Shown here: piece by piece, positions 29,390 to 39,569 of the stretch
Layout: each line of letters starts with the position of its first letter
How positions within the stretch are numbered: the first letter of the stretch is position 1
NCBI GenBank assembly: GCA_963765495.1
Contig: CAVXWP010000008.1
Location: 864,001-928,000, forward strand
Length of the DNA stretch: 64,000 nt
Direction of reading: 5' to 3'
From: Blastocatellia bacterium
Lineage (GTDB): Bacteria > Acidobacteriota > Blastocatellia > UBA7656
Made by a program: the position numbers and the translations under genes
The notes under the pieces: generated by a model
Told to the model about the DNA's origin: nothing
The model's input: only the letters and a program-made list of their open reading frames with translations
Database searches by the model: none

Positions 29390-29485
29390 ATCTCAGATTT
29401 GACATCTGAAATCTGAGAGATGGATTTCGAGATATTTGAAGAGTTTTGATTTGCCGGATCTCAAATGTCAGATGTCAAATCTGAG
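29390..29485. repeat. Heptamer-phased hairpin (CTCAGAT/ATYTGAV family) between tRNA-Ser and ffs
   Basis: CTCAGATTTGACATCTGA pairs with TCAGATGTCAAATCTGAG. Confidence 0.75.
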
Positions 29486-29495
29486 GTCCGTTTGA

Positions 29496-29597
29496 CAGGC
29501 TCCGGTCGTTGCGCAATTGCGCGGCTGCAAACCCCGCCAGGCCGGGAACGGAGCAACGGTAGCGGTACGCGGATGTGCGTGGCTTCACCGGAGCCTG
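29496..29597 (+). ncRNA. ffs: Signal recognition particle RNA (small, 4.5S type)
   Basis: Terminal stem CAGGCTCCGGT/ACCGGAGCCTG; domain IV motif CAGG-CCG-GGAA-CGG-AGCA; usual position upstream of dnaX. Confidence 0.93.
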
Positions 29598-29749
29598 ACC
29601 AGTCTTTCACCTTTGCAATGTCCACTTGCGACCTTCAAGCGGTAGTTCCTTTCATCTTGCAACTCGTGTGGCTACGGCTTAGACTGAATTGGAACGCGCC
29701 GCTCCGTGTCAGGGCGGCCCTTTAGTTTAATCCCGGAAACGGCTAGTCA

Positions 29750-31660
29750 ATGTCTGATTCACAGGTCATAGCAAGAAAATTCAGGCCGAAGACCTTCGAT
29801 CAGGTGATCGGGCAAGAGGCCATTACGCGCACCCTGAGCAATGCGCTCACCTCCGGGCGCATCCACCACGCATACCTCTTTACCGGCGCTCGCGGAGTCG
29901 GAAAGACAACAACCGCGCGCATCCTGGCGAAGGCGCTAAATTGTGTAAAGGGAATCACTATCGACCCGTGCGGAGAGTGCGCCTCATGCCTTGAGATCGC
30001 CGGGTCCAGGTCCATAGATGTGCTCGAAATTGATGCCGCATCGAATACGGGTGTAGATAACGTCCGCGAAGTTATTATCAATTCCATCCAGATCGCTCCG
30101 GCGCGCGACCGTTACAAGATTTTTATTATTGACGAGGTCCATCAATTATCAACGCCCGCCTTCAACGCGCTGCTAAAGACGCTCGAAGAGCCGCCTCCAA
30201 ATGTGGCCTTTATCATGGCTACGACCGAACTGCACAAGGTACCGGAAACGATACTGTCGCGCTGTCAGGTATTTGAATTCCGTACGATTACGATAAAGAA
30301 GTTATTCGACCAGCTTCGACACATTGCCGATAACCTCGGAGTAAAGATAAGCGACGCGGCATTGCTCGCAATCGCGCGAGCGGGCGAAGGCTCTATGCGC
30401 GATGCCGAATCTGCGCTGGATCAGGTTATAAGTTTTGCCGGACTGGTTGTGAGCGACGATGACGTATCGGCGGCGCTCGGTCTTGTCGATATAGAGACAT
30501 TAAATACGACCCTTCGCGCAATCGGCGAGCAGGACGCTTTGAGCGTCCTCAGAATCGTTGATGAAGTAGTCTCGCGCGGCTACGACTTGAGGAACTTCTG
30601 CCGCGAGATGATGACTCATATAAGGGCGCTGCTTGTCACAAAGATAGTTGGATTCGAACCCGAGCTGCTCCAACTGCCGCCGGGTGAAGGAGAGCAGATA
30701 GTCCGTCTCGCCGAGATGTTTTCCGAACAGGACCTCTTGCGTTTTTTTTCGATACTTACCCGAACCGAACAGGACATCAGGGTCTCTTCACAGCCGCGTC
30801 TTCAATTGGAAGTGGGGTTGATAAAGCTCGTTCATGCGGGCCGCCTGCATCTGCTGGAAGAGGCCCTCAATCAGATTCAGGAGCTAGGCTCTCGTCTTGG
30901 CGCTGGAGGGCAGATATCGGCGCGCGAGGTTCGTTCATCAGGGTACGCTCCGGCGCGGGAAAGCGCGAAGAGTTCCCCTCCACTTGCCCGCCCGGCTACG
31001 GGGCAGACCCCTACACCCGCAGACAAGATAAGCCTGCCGCCTTCGCGCCCTTCATCGAGCGCGGGTAAGCAAACCTCTGCAAGCGAGGCTCGACCGGCAG
31101 AAAGCTTGCCAACAGCGAGTCCGCGGAGGCGGGAACCACCTGCTCAAATGGAAGGGGCGCAACCGCCAAAGCCCGAGCCGCCTTCCGCGCCCCCGGGCTT
31201 TGATGAGCCGCCCGACATGTTTGAAGTCTCGTCACGCGAGGTTGATGAGTCAATGAAGGGTGAACCCGCTTCGGTTGCGAGCGGAGATGAGGTTGAGAGA
31301 ATTAAGAATGCCATTGAGGCCCGAGGGAAGATGATGTTGTTTTCGATCCTCAATCAAGTCGAAAGCATGAAAGTGGATGGGGATATTCTTAGGATAGTAT
31401 TTCCGGCGGTGGGGATTTTGTTTAAGAATAAGATTCAGTCCCGCGAGAATCAGAAATTTATAGAGGAGGTCAGCCGGGAAGTCCTCGGCCGTCCTCTGTC
31501 ATTATCGGTGACAATCAGCGGACAGGCCTCTGCCGGGGAATCAGCGAAGAAGACCAGCAAGACGACAGCCAACAGAAAACACGTCGAGGATGATCCTAAA
31601 ATTCGCGCCCTGGCTGATAAATTCCACGGCAGTATCGAGGTAGTAAAACCGGAAGGTTAA
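29750..31660 (+). CDS. dnaX: DNA polymerase III subunit gamma/tau
   Basis: [15 protein letters not shown], zinc motif, IDEVH, SRC motif, Pro-rich linker. Confidence 0.97.
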   Translation: MSDSQVIARKFRPKTFDQVIGQEAITRTLSNALTSGRIHHAYLFTGARGVGKTTTARILAKALNCVKGITIDPCGECASCLEIAGSRSIDVLEIDAASNTGVDNVREVIINSIQIAPARDRYKIFIIDEVHQLSTPAFNALLKTLEEPPPNVAFIMATTELHKVPETILSRCQVFEFRTITIKKLFDQLRHIADNLGVKISDAALLAIARAGEGSMRDAESALDQVISFAGLVVSDDDVSAALGLVDIETLNTTLRAIGEQDALSVLRIVDEVVSRGYDLRNFCREMMTHIRALLVTKIVGFEPELLQLPPGEGEQIVRLAEMFSEQDLLRFFSILTRTEQDIRVSSQPRLQLEVGLIKLVHAGRLHLLEEALNQIQELGSRLGAGGQISAREVRSSGYAPARESAKSSPPLARPATGQTPTPADKISLPPSRPSSSAGKQTSASEARPAESLPTASPRRREPPAQMEGAQPPKPEPPSAPPGFDEPPDMFEVSSREVDESMKGEPASVASGDEVERIKNAIEARGKMMLFSILNQVESMKVDGDILRIVFPAVGILFKNKIQSRENQKFIEEVSREVLGRPLSLSVTISGQASAGESAKKTSKTTANRKHVEDDPKIRALADKFHGSIEVVKPEG

Positions 31661-31757
31661 AACTCTACCCGCGATACTGTTTGCTTATTCGATTGTTACC
31701 GCGAGGAATTTGATAGAATACTTCAGCCAGGAACAGACACAGGAGGGTGAATCAGAT

Positions 31758-32078
31758 ATGAAATTGCCAGGTGGATTCGACATCAACCAGATGATGAAGC
31801 AGGCACAGGAAATGCAGGAAGAGATGCAACGCGAAATGCAGCAATTGCGCGTAGACGCCACCGCAGGTGGCGGCATAATCCACGTTAAGATGAACGGGGC
31901 CAAAGAACTCGTCGAGATCGTAATAGACCCGGAGGCCGTCAAGAATGGCGATGTCGAGATGTTACAAGACCTGATCGTCGCCGCCGTAAACGAAGCGGGG
32001 CGAAAAGTGGATGAAGGAATGAAGGGCAAATTAGGCTCGAAACTCGGCGGAATGGGTCTTCCAGACGGGTTGCTGTAA
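31758..32078 (+). CDS. ybaB: Nucleoid-associated protein YbaB/EbfC
   Basis: [29 protein letters not shown]; lies between dnaX and recR. Confidence 0.95.
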   Translation: MKLPGGFDINQMMKQAQEMQEEMQREMQQLRVDATAGGGIIHVKMNGAKELVEIVIDPEAVKNGDVEMLQDLIVAAVNEAGRKVDEGMKGKLGSKLGGMGLPDGLL

Positions 32079-32100
32079 ATTCGATTTCAGGGAGAGACAT

Positions 32101-32142
32101 TCAGGCACCGCAAGCGGGTCGCAATCCGCCCGCGGTGCCTGA
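32101..32142. other. GC-rich intercistronic stem-loop between ybaB and recR
   Basis: TCAGGCACCGC / GCGGTGCCTGA arms with an inner GCGGGT/ATCCGC stem; no U-tract. Confidence 0.6.
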
Positions 32143-32154
32143 GCAGTAAAATAA

Positions 32155-32754
<600 letters not shown>

Positions 32755-32756
32755 GA

Positions 32757-32885
32757 GTGGGGGTCAGGGGTCGGGGGCCAGGGGCCGGGGTTAACGCTTA
32801 TTTCCCCACGGCATATAAAAATTTTTCTGGGTTCAAAATCGGCGACATCTGGAACCGGCCCCTGGCCCCCGGCCCCCGGCCCCTA
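32757..32885. repeat. G-rich heptamer-armed hairpin (GGGGYCR)n / (YGGCCCC)n between convergent genes (copy 1)
   Basis: GGGGGTCAGGGGTCGGGGGCCAGGGGCCGGGG ... CCGGCCCCTGGCCCCCGGCCCCCGGCCCCTA. Confidence 0.9.
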
Positions 32886-34463
32886 GTAAGTATTGTCGCC
32901 CTTCATCATCACAGGGACGGTCTTTATCATAATCTTCAGGTCCAGCCACGGCGACCAGTTTTCGATATAAAAGACATCAAGGCGGACCATCTCTTCAAAG
33001 TGGAGACGATTTCTTCCGCTCACCTGCCACAGCCCGGTTATGCCCGGCTTGACGTGAAATCGCGCCCTGTGCCAGTCCTTGTAATGGCGCACTTCATAAG
33101 GGATGGGTGGGCGCGGGCCGACTATGCTCATCTGGCCTATCAGCACATTTAGCACCTGTGGCAACTCGTCTATCGAGTAGCGGCGCATCCAGCTACCTAT
33201 CTTTGTCAGCCTCGGGTCATCTTTAACCTTGCCGTAGATGGGTTTTTCGGCAGAGCCTTGATTGACGTCTTCGCCCTTTATCATTCGCGCCATCAAATCA
33301 CGATGCGCCCGGTCTTCTACACCGTCTTTCATCGAGCGAAACTTGATCATCAAAAACATCTTGCCGTCCATCCCCACGCGCTCCTGTCTGAGAAAGACCG
33401 GGCCGCGTGATTCGAGTCTTATCAGGATGGCAAGGGCCAGCCAGAATGGCCAGCTTACAAGGATGAGCAATATCGCCACGACGACATCCATCCCCCGCTT
33501 GAGCGCCTTTTGCGGTCCCCGCAGAGGCTCTTCAAACAGCTTTATCATCGGCAGCGTGCCGATGGTCGCTATCTCGGTCTTGCCCGGCAGACAATCGAAG
33601 AGGTTGGGAATCACTCTGTACTTGATGTGATGATTGCGCCCGCATTCCATCAATATTTCGAACATCTTCCTCGGGTTGATGCGAGTGTCTGTGACAAGTA
33701 TCTCTTCAATGCCAAATCTTTTAACGAGATCGGGCAGGTCATCAAACTTCCCGAGCATCCTCACGTTGTAGCCTTCGAGCGAGGTGGCCGATTCGCGTGA
33801 GCCCACCGCGACAACCCCCACAAGCTTGTAACCGAGTCGCGGCTTTTCGGAAATCTCGGATATACACAACTGGGCCATCTCTCCGCTTCCAACTATGATT
33901 GTGGGAATCAGGTTGCGCTCGTTCGCGCGATAGATTATTTGAACGACGCGCACGACCGCTCTGATGGCCGTAAACACAAACAACGAGATCAGCCAGTCCA
34001 GAACAAAGACGAGACGTGAATAAGAAAAATCGAGATACTCGAGTTCACCATCCCGGTAAGAGAAGCCCTGCCGGAAAAGAAAGGCAAAAAGGACCAGCAC
34101 CAGAAAGGCGAGGGTCGCGGCTTTGAAAATCAGGAAAAAATCTCCCGAAAACGAGAATTCCCCTCTCAGTCTGTAGAGGCCGTATCTCCGCAAGGCATAA
34201 ATCTTTATCACCGGAGCAAGCAACAGGAGGCCGAAATAAGGCTCAAACTCCAGGGCGATGCCCAAAGGCAGAAACCCCGCATGAGACCATAGAAAGACGG
34301 GCGTTGAGTGGCGCAACTGGAATGACAGGATAAAAGCCAGAACTGAAAGGAAGAAATCCACCAGAACAAGCAAGGCTACGGGAATGACCGACCAGGCCAG
34401 ACTGCGCGTCCGCGCAAGCGGATTTATTGAGTTGTCAGCTACTGTGGCTGCCGTATTAGACAT
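32883..34463 (-). CDS. Polyprenyl-phosphate glycosyl-phosphotransferase (WcaJ/WbaP-like priming sugar transferase)
   Basis: N-terminal TMs, KRGMDV, KFRSM, DELPQ, GPRP, KPGITGLWQV. Confidence 0.93.
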   Translation of the reverse strand: MSNTAATVADNSINPLARTRSLAWSVIPVALLVLVDFFLSVLAFILSFQLRHSTPVFLWSHAGFLPLGIALEFEPYFGLLLLAPVIKIYALRRYGLYRLRGEFSFSGDFFLIFKAATLAFLVLVLFAFLFRQGFSYRDGELEYLDFSYSRLVFVLDWLISLFVFTAIRAVVRVVQIIYRANERNLIPTIIVGSGEMAQLCISEISEKPRLGYKLVGVVAVGSRESATSLEGYNVRMLGKFDDLPDLVKRFGIEEILVTDTRINPRKMFEILMECGRNHHIKYRVIPNLFDCLPGKTEIATIGTLPMIKLFEEPLRGPQKALKRGMDVVVAILLILVSWPFWLALAILIRLESRGPVFLRQERVGMDGKMFLMIKFRSMKDGVEDRAHRDLMARMIKGEDVNQGSAEKPIYGKVKDDPRLTKIGSWMRRYSIDELPQVLNVLIGQMSIVGPRPPIPYEVRHYKDWHRARFHVKPGITGLWQVSGRNRLHFEEMVRLDVFYIENWSPWLDLKIMIKTVPVMMKGDNTY

Positions 34464-35679
34464 CTGTATTTATTGAACCTCGCGAAAGGTAGAGACTCAA
34501 GGCATAAAGCATCCACGCTTGCGCCCATCTCATATAGGGAACCCTGATCGTATAAAAGCGGTGACGTTGAAAGTAGAAGAATCCGGCCTCATCTTGCAGG
34601 TTCGCGATGGCCCATCTGAGAGCCTGGCCGGCAAATTCTTCCGTCTGTGGCATCAGGTCGATCATCTCAACAAAAGTTATTATACTCTGCGCCGCGCTAT
34701 GCGCGTCTATCGGATAAAGCTTGTCATGATAATATTTGGGGGTGTAGTCCGCAAGAAAGAAACTATCGCGGTAAAATTTATAGCCCCGCTCAAGGTTTTC
34801 ACGCCAGCGGCTCTCTCCGAGGTATTCTATGATATGTCTTAGAGACACAAGGACAAATCCTGTGTGGAAACCATCAATCCAGGTTTGATTTCTGTCTTCG
34901 CCATAAGGCCACGATCCATCGGAAGCCTGTCTTGCGAGCGTATAGGAGACGGCCCGCCTCGCAGCGTCACGGTATTCCTCTTTTCCATTCCTGCTTGCGA
35001 CGCGAGCAAGCAACTCAGCCGCAAGCAGGTTCACATTATGCACGCGGGACCTGTCAAGCGGCGTATAGCTAAAACAGTGCGCGTCCGCGTCCATAGCGCG
35101 ATTGAGGCGGTCGAGTATAAATCTGCAACTGCTTTCGGCCACTTCTAGCGCCTCAGGGTTCCCGCTCATTTCAAACCAGTCGAGATAGGCTTTCGCGGCA
35201 AAGACCGTGCACACGACATTGGGCGTGCCTCGCGGGGCAAAGAATGCTCGCGATTGCCAGTCGAAATTATAGCCCCAGCAAGCTTCTTCATAATCCGCGC
35301 TTCGCAGCCTGTCGAGCGAATTGATCAAAAACTTAAGATCATCTTGCAGGTGGGCGGCGATTTCATTTGAGTGGTTGGAACCCGGAGTCCTGCCGTAGTG
35401 CCTTAGAAGGCGAAGGACGGCCCGCGATGAAAGGGCCACGCCTTTTGGGTTTAGTTCTTTTCTGATACCGAGGATCGGGCGAAGGTTTACGGGGCTTCGT
35501 TTTATCATCTGAATCAAGACGGTTCTGCCCAATTTGCTCCCGGCAGAGAGAGCGCCCGCGCCAAACGCATTCAACCCGTCATAGGGGTCATAACCCGCCC
35601 AGCCTTGCGCGCGGCAATACCGAATGAGTTTGCCAAGCGCCCGCTCGCACAGATTATCTGTATCGACCTCGGTGTACAT
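34456..35679 (-). CDS. Conserved hypothetical alpha/alpha-toroid protein of polysaccharide loci
   Basis: GYDPYDGLN, WGYNFDWQSR, QASDGSWPYG, WIDGFHTG, YMRWAQAW; overlaps the sugar transferase start. Confidence 0.75.
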   Translation of the reverse strand: MYTEVDTDNLCERALGKLIRYCRAQGWAGYDPYDGLNAFGAGALSAGSKLGRTVLIQMIKRSPVNLRPILGIRKELNPKGVALSSRAVLRLLRHYGRTPGSNHSNEIAAHLQDDLKFLINSLDRLRSADYEEACWGYNFDWQSRAFFAPRGTPNVVCTVFAAKAYLDWFEMSGNPEALEVAESSCRFILDRLNRAMDADAHCFSYTPLDRSRVHNVNLLAAELLARVASRNGKEEYRDAARRAVSYTLARQASDGSWPYGEDRNQTWIDGFHTGFVLVSLRHIIEYLGESRWRENLERGYKFYRDSFFLADYTPKYYHDKLYPIDAHSAAQSIITFVEMIDLMPQTEEFAGQALRWAIANLQDEAGFFYFQRHRFYTIRVPYMRWAQAWMLYALSLYLSRGSINTDV

Positions 35680-35802
35680 TGATACGTGATGCGTGATACG
35701 TGATGCGTGATGCGTGATGCGTGATTTATGAAGTTTGTTGTGAGCTTATCGACAGGCAATTGCCTGAAAGTCACGCTTCACGTATCACGCTTAACGTTTC
35801 AC
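35680..35802. repeat. Heptamer-armed hairpin element, GATGCGT/TCACG family (copy C)
   Basis: About six GAT(G/A)CGT units, 46-nt spacer (35725-35770), TCACG arm containing the upstream gene's stop codon. Confidence 0.9.
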
Positions 35803-36281
35803 ATCACCTCGATGGGAATATCTATATTGATCGTTTGCGGACGTAAACATGCCTGATCATTGCACGCCTGCACGGTGAGCTTTGCCTTTAGCGTCTTTTG
35901 GCCTGTAGCCATGGAAGGCAGTGCGCGGGCAGTGAATTTTACTATTGTCTTGCCCTCGAAAACCGACATTGGCACATTTGAGAATTCGAATTTTTGCGAT
36001 TTTGCTTTCGGGTAAATGATTTTGGAGATGGTAAATCCCGGCAGGCTTTCGAATTTTAATGCGGTTGGTATCAGGAATTTTTCAGCCGGGCGGTTGGAAT
36101 TTATGTGATACCCATCTTCTATGTTGATCACGACCGCAAGCCCTGCCGAGGAGCCTTTCTTTATCTTATAAACCGATTCGGCGGGGCTGGCCTTTACAAC
36201 TTTCGAAGATGTTTGCGCCAGCGCCGGGGCGCTCAAACAACCAAACAAGAGAAAAAATAATAGCCTGCTTAACTTCATCAT
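35799..36281 (-). CDS. Secreted DsbD N-terminal-like domain protein
   Basis: Signal peptide, GYHINSN, QACNDQACLRP; RBS AAGGAGG. Confidence 0.85.
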   Translation of the reverse strand: MMKLSRLLFFLLFGCLSAPALAQTSSKVVKASPAESVYKIKKGSSAGLAVVINIEDGYHINSNRPAEKFLIPTALKFESLPGFTISKIIYPKAKSQKFEFSNVPMSVFEGKTIVKFTARALPSMATGQKTLKAKLTVQACNDQACLRPQTINIDIPIEVM

Positions 36282-36403
36282 ACCTCCTTTAAATCAAATC
36301 TTTTGTAACCATAAGAAAAAGAGCATCCGAGCATCCGGTCTCTGCTACTTTGATATGATAAACGATTGAGCCGACAAGTTGCACGCTCGATTCAGGTCAA
36401 CCG

Positions 36404-36796
36404 TCAGTGCAGATATATCTCGATGACGCGATTCTGAAGTTCGGGATCATAAATTACCGAGAGCAGATCGCCGTTGTTGACTTCCGCCGCTGTTATGGTC
36501 TCTTCGTCACGGGCCTCATCGGTAAGCAGGCCGAACAGATCTGTGCCGGAAGCACTCGCCGGAGCATTGCCTACGAGATCATTCTCTCGCGCCAGCACCG
36601 TCACTTCCGCAAAGTCTCTTGCGGGCCTGATCGTAATGAGCAATCTCTCTTTTCCGAGTCTCTCAATTTTGACTACTTCCCCACGGACGGCCAGGAGTTG
36701 TTTTGGAGCGGTTGCTTTTTGACTTTGAAGCGCAGATGTCTTTGTGGATAAAAGTAAGACCGCGAAAAGAAATAAAAGAGCCTTGAAGGTCTGCAT
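36404..36796 (-). CDS. Hypothetical secreted protein
   Basis: Signal peptide followed by a beta-rich (OB-fold-like) body. Confidence 0.6.
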   Translation of the reverse strand: MQTFKALLFLFAVLLLSTKTSALQSQKATAPKQLLAVRGEVVKIERLGKERLLITIRPARDFAEVTVLARENDLVGNAPASASGTDLFGLLTDEARDEETITAAEVNNGDLLSVIYDPELQNRVIEIYLH

Positions 36797-37001
36797 GGTG
36801 GTTCGCTTCCCCGAGTTGATTTTGTTTTGAATCGCTAATAATCAAAACGGGGAGATCAGCGACTACGGTGTTTATACTACTACGCTATGACCCGGTCATC
36901 AAGCATCAGGAAGTAAGAAATGGGTGGGTGGAGGCTTACACATAGAGCTTTTGATTTGTTAGACTGTCGGCATTCAAATGCAATCTTGAGGAGGCTCATT
37001 T

Positions 37002-37898
37002 ATGCCACGAATAGTCAGATGCGGGTTGATACAGGCGGCCAATGAAGTTTCTGCCGACAGCCCCGTTGAGCGCATTAAACAGGCGATGATTGACAAGCAC
37101 ATTCGCATGATCGGGGAGGCGGCCAGAGGCGGCGTGCAGATCATCTGTTTGCAGGAACTTTTTTATGGGCCTTACTTCCCTGCCGAACAGAATCCGCACT
37201 GGTACGAGATGGTCGAACGCATACCCGATGGTCCAACCACTCAACTGATGTGCGAGGTAGCGCGTCAACATCAGATGGTCATCGTTGTGCCTGTTTACGA
37301 AGAGGAGATGACGGGGGTCTACTATAACACGGCGGCTGTAATCGATGCGGACGGGAGGTATCTGGGCAAGTATCGCAAGACTCACATCCCGCACTGTCTG
37401 CCCGGTTTCTGGGAAAAATTCTATTTCACGCCCGGCAATCTGGGCTTTCCCGTCTTTGATACCCGGTATGCCCGCATAGGCGTTTACATTTGCTACGACC
37501 GTCACTTTCCCGAAGGCGCACGCGCGCTCGGGCTAAACGGCGCAGAGATAGTCTTCATCCCCTCGGCCACAACCAAAGGGCACGCCGATTACCTGTGGGA
37601 GTTGGAACAGAGAGCGCACGCCGTTGCAAACGGATACTTCGTAGGCACTATCAACCGAGTGGGAACGGAAGCGCCCTGGAACGTAGGCGAGTTTTTTGGT
37701 TCATCTTATTTTGCAAACCCGGACGGGCAGATACTGGCCAAAGGCAGCGAAGACAAAGACGAGACTGTAATAGCAGACCTCGACCTTGAAGAGATTCGCG
37801 CGGTGCGAACTCACTGGCAATTCTATCGCGACCGCCGTCCTGAAATGTATGGGCCGCTTTGCGGCGGGGGCCAGGGGCCGGGGGTCGGGGGCCGGTAA
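37002..37898 (+). CDS. Nitrilase-family amidohydrolase, beta-ureidopropionase / N-carbamoyl amidase-like
   Basis: E-K-C triad: LQELF, YRKTHIP, ICYDRHFPE. Confidence 0.9.
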   Translation: MPRIVRCGLIQAANEVSADSPVERIKQAMIDKHIRMIGEAARGGVQIICLQELFYGPYFPAEQNPHWYEMVERIPDGPTTQLMCEVARQHQMVIVVPVYEEEMTGVYYNTAAVIDADGRYLGKYRKTHIPHCLPGFWEKFYFTPGNLGFPVFDTRYARIGVYICYDRHFPEGARALGLNGAEIVFIPSATTKGHADYLWELEQRAHAVANGYFVGTINRVGTEAPWNVGEFFGSSYFANPDGQILAKGSEDKDETVIADLDLEEIRAVRTHWQFYRDRRPEMYGPLCGGGQGPGVGGR

Positions 37899-38009
37899 AA
37901 TTTCAATGGACAAAAGGTTTTGCATAGATGAATGACGGATAGCCCCGCGATACCGCGTTATTTTCGGGGCTCGATCACTGGCCCCCGGCCCCCGGCCCCT
38001 GGCCCCTGA
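37866..38009. repeat. G-rich heptamer-armed hairpin (copy 2), with both arms inside coding sequences
   Basis: GGGGGCCAGGGGCCGGGGGTCGGGGGCCGG ... CTGGCCCCCGGCCCCCGGCCCCTGGCCCCTGA. Confidence 0.9.
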
Positions 38010-38997
38010 TGCCGAAGGTATCTATCATTGCTCGGACGTCATCTCCGAGAGGGTAAAGCACGGGGCAGGTGCAGCCTGCGTCGATGTATTCCTGAACTTT
38101 GGCGCGGCATTCATCCGCCGTGCCCGAGGCCGTGATGAGTTGGACTACATCGTCCGGGACCAGCCGCATGGCCTCGCGTATCTGATGCTCCTGGGCGGGC
38201 CAGGAGAGCACGCGGTTTATCTCGTCCAGCAGGTCCTGGCTCACGCCGCTTGCTTTCATGATATGTGGTTGCTGGCCTAAATACTGAGTAACCAGTTGGC
38301 GTGCAGCGTCGAGCGCGCGTGCCCGGTCACAGTCAAGTGAGCAGACGATCAGTTGCGGGCGGTCAATATCAACCAGTGAGCGACCGGCTCGCTCGGCCCC
38401 CGATTGCAGATGCGTTATCGCTTCACGGTTGTAAGCAGGAGAGACGAGATAATTCAGCAGAACTCCATCCGCGATTTCGCCCGTCAATTCCATCATCTTC
38501 ATGCCGGTAGCGCCTATGTAAATAGGCACTTCCTTTGGCGAGCGCGTACCGTGCACTATGTCTATCTCGACCTCTTCGACCTGAACGAATTCGCCCTTAA
38601 AAGTCACTTTTTCCATAGCGAGCAGGCGGCGAACAACATCTACGGTTTCGCGCATCGCCTGCATTGGCTTGCGGCGATTGACCCCGACCTTAGAGGCAAG
38701 AGGCTCCCACCAGACGCCAAGCCCGCAGAGTATACGGCCCGGCGCAAGATCATCGAGCGTAGAAAATGTCGCGGCAATCAGCGCAGCATTCCGCGTCCAG
38801 TTGTTTATCACGCCCGAACCAATTTTTATGCGCTCGGTCGTAGCGGCAAAGGCAGCCATGGGCACGATGGCATCACGCACAAGGCGCGATTCCGCCTGCC
38901 AGACCGCTTCAAACCCGCGCGATTCGGCGTACTGAACGTATTCGATTGCGTCACGGAGGGAATGCTTGTCCTGGAGGTAGAGAGCGACTCTGTTCAT
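37975..38997 (-). CDS. LLM-class flavin/F420-dependent oxidoreductase
   Basis: [37 protein letters not shown]. Confidence 0.9.
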   Translation of the reverse strand: MNRVALYLQDKHSLRDAIEYVQYAESRGFEAVWQAESRLVRDAIVPMAAFAATTERIKIGSGVINNWTRNAALIAATFSTLDDLAPGRILCGLGVWWEPLASKVGVNRRKPMQAMRETVDVVRRLLAMEKVTFKGEFVQVEEVEIDIVHGTRSPKEVPIYIGATGMKMMELTGEIADGVLLNYLVSPAYNREAITHLQSGAERAGRSLVDIDRPQLIVCSLDCDRARALDAARQLVTQYLGQQPHIMKASGVSQDLLDEINRVLSWPAQEHQIREAMRLVPDDVVQLITASGTADECRAKVQEYIDAGCTCPVLYPLGDDVRAMIDTFGIRGQGPGAGGQ

Positions 38998-39177
38998 GCA
39001 GGCTCCTTTATAATTGTTTTTTTGCGAAACCTGAGTTTAGCGCATTTACATGATTATGAGAATGGAGCCCGATATAAGGAACGGCCCGTACAGGCTGGTT
39101 ACAAACTCAGGGCGGGTCTATAATTCCTGTAAACACCGGCTCTTCCGGTGATCTTTTATTGGAAAAGAGAGGCTGAT

Positions 39178-39549
39178 ATGCTACCAATTCGTGGCCTGTA
39201 TGAGATCGCAATTCGTGTCAAAGAACTTCAAAGAGCTGAGCCTTTTTACAGGGAAGTGCTCGGATTGGAAGAGGGGCTGAGGGACGAGAAAAGGAACTGG
39301 CTATTTTTGAGAGCCGGGGGGCAGGCAGGCATGGTCGTGCTACAGGAGGACAAGGGGGAGTGGCCCCTGCAACACCTCGCATTCACCGTTGATGCAGCCG
39401 ATATCGAACGCGCCGCGTCAATGCTCAGAGAGCGTGGCGTAGACGTAGAGGGGCCGGTATATCACGAGTGGATGCCCGCGCTATCGCTCTACTTCAATGA
39501 CCCGGACGGCCACGCGCTTGAACTCTGCGCACCCGCAAATAAAACATAA
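39178..39549 (+). CDS. VOC / glyoxalase family protein
   Basis: FYREVLGL, HLAF, LYFNDPDGHALEL. Confidence 0.9.
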   Translation: MLPIRGLYEIAIRVKELQRAEPFYREVLGLEEGLRDEKRNWLFLRAGGQAGMVVLQEDKGEWPLQHLAFTVDAADIERAASMLRERGVDVEGPVYHEWMPALSLYFNDPDGHALELCAPANKT

Positions 39550-39569
39550 TTGAGTGACAACGAGAGAAT

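Noticed and set aside
30880-31300. dnaX programmed -1 frameshift or poly-A slippage site
   Set aside because: No A AAA AAG heptamer or long A run was seen; the region is an ordinary Pro-rich linker.
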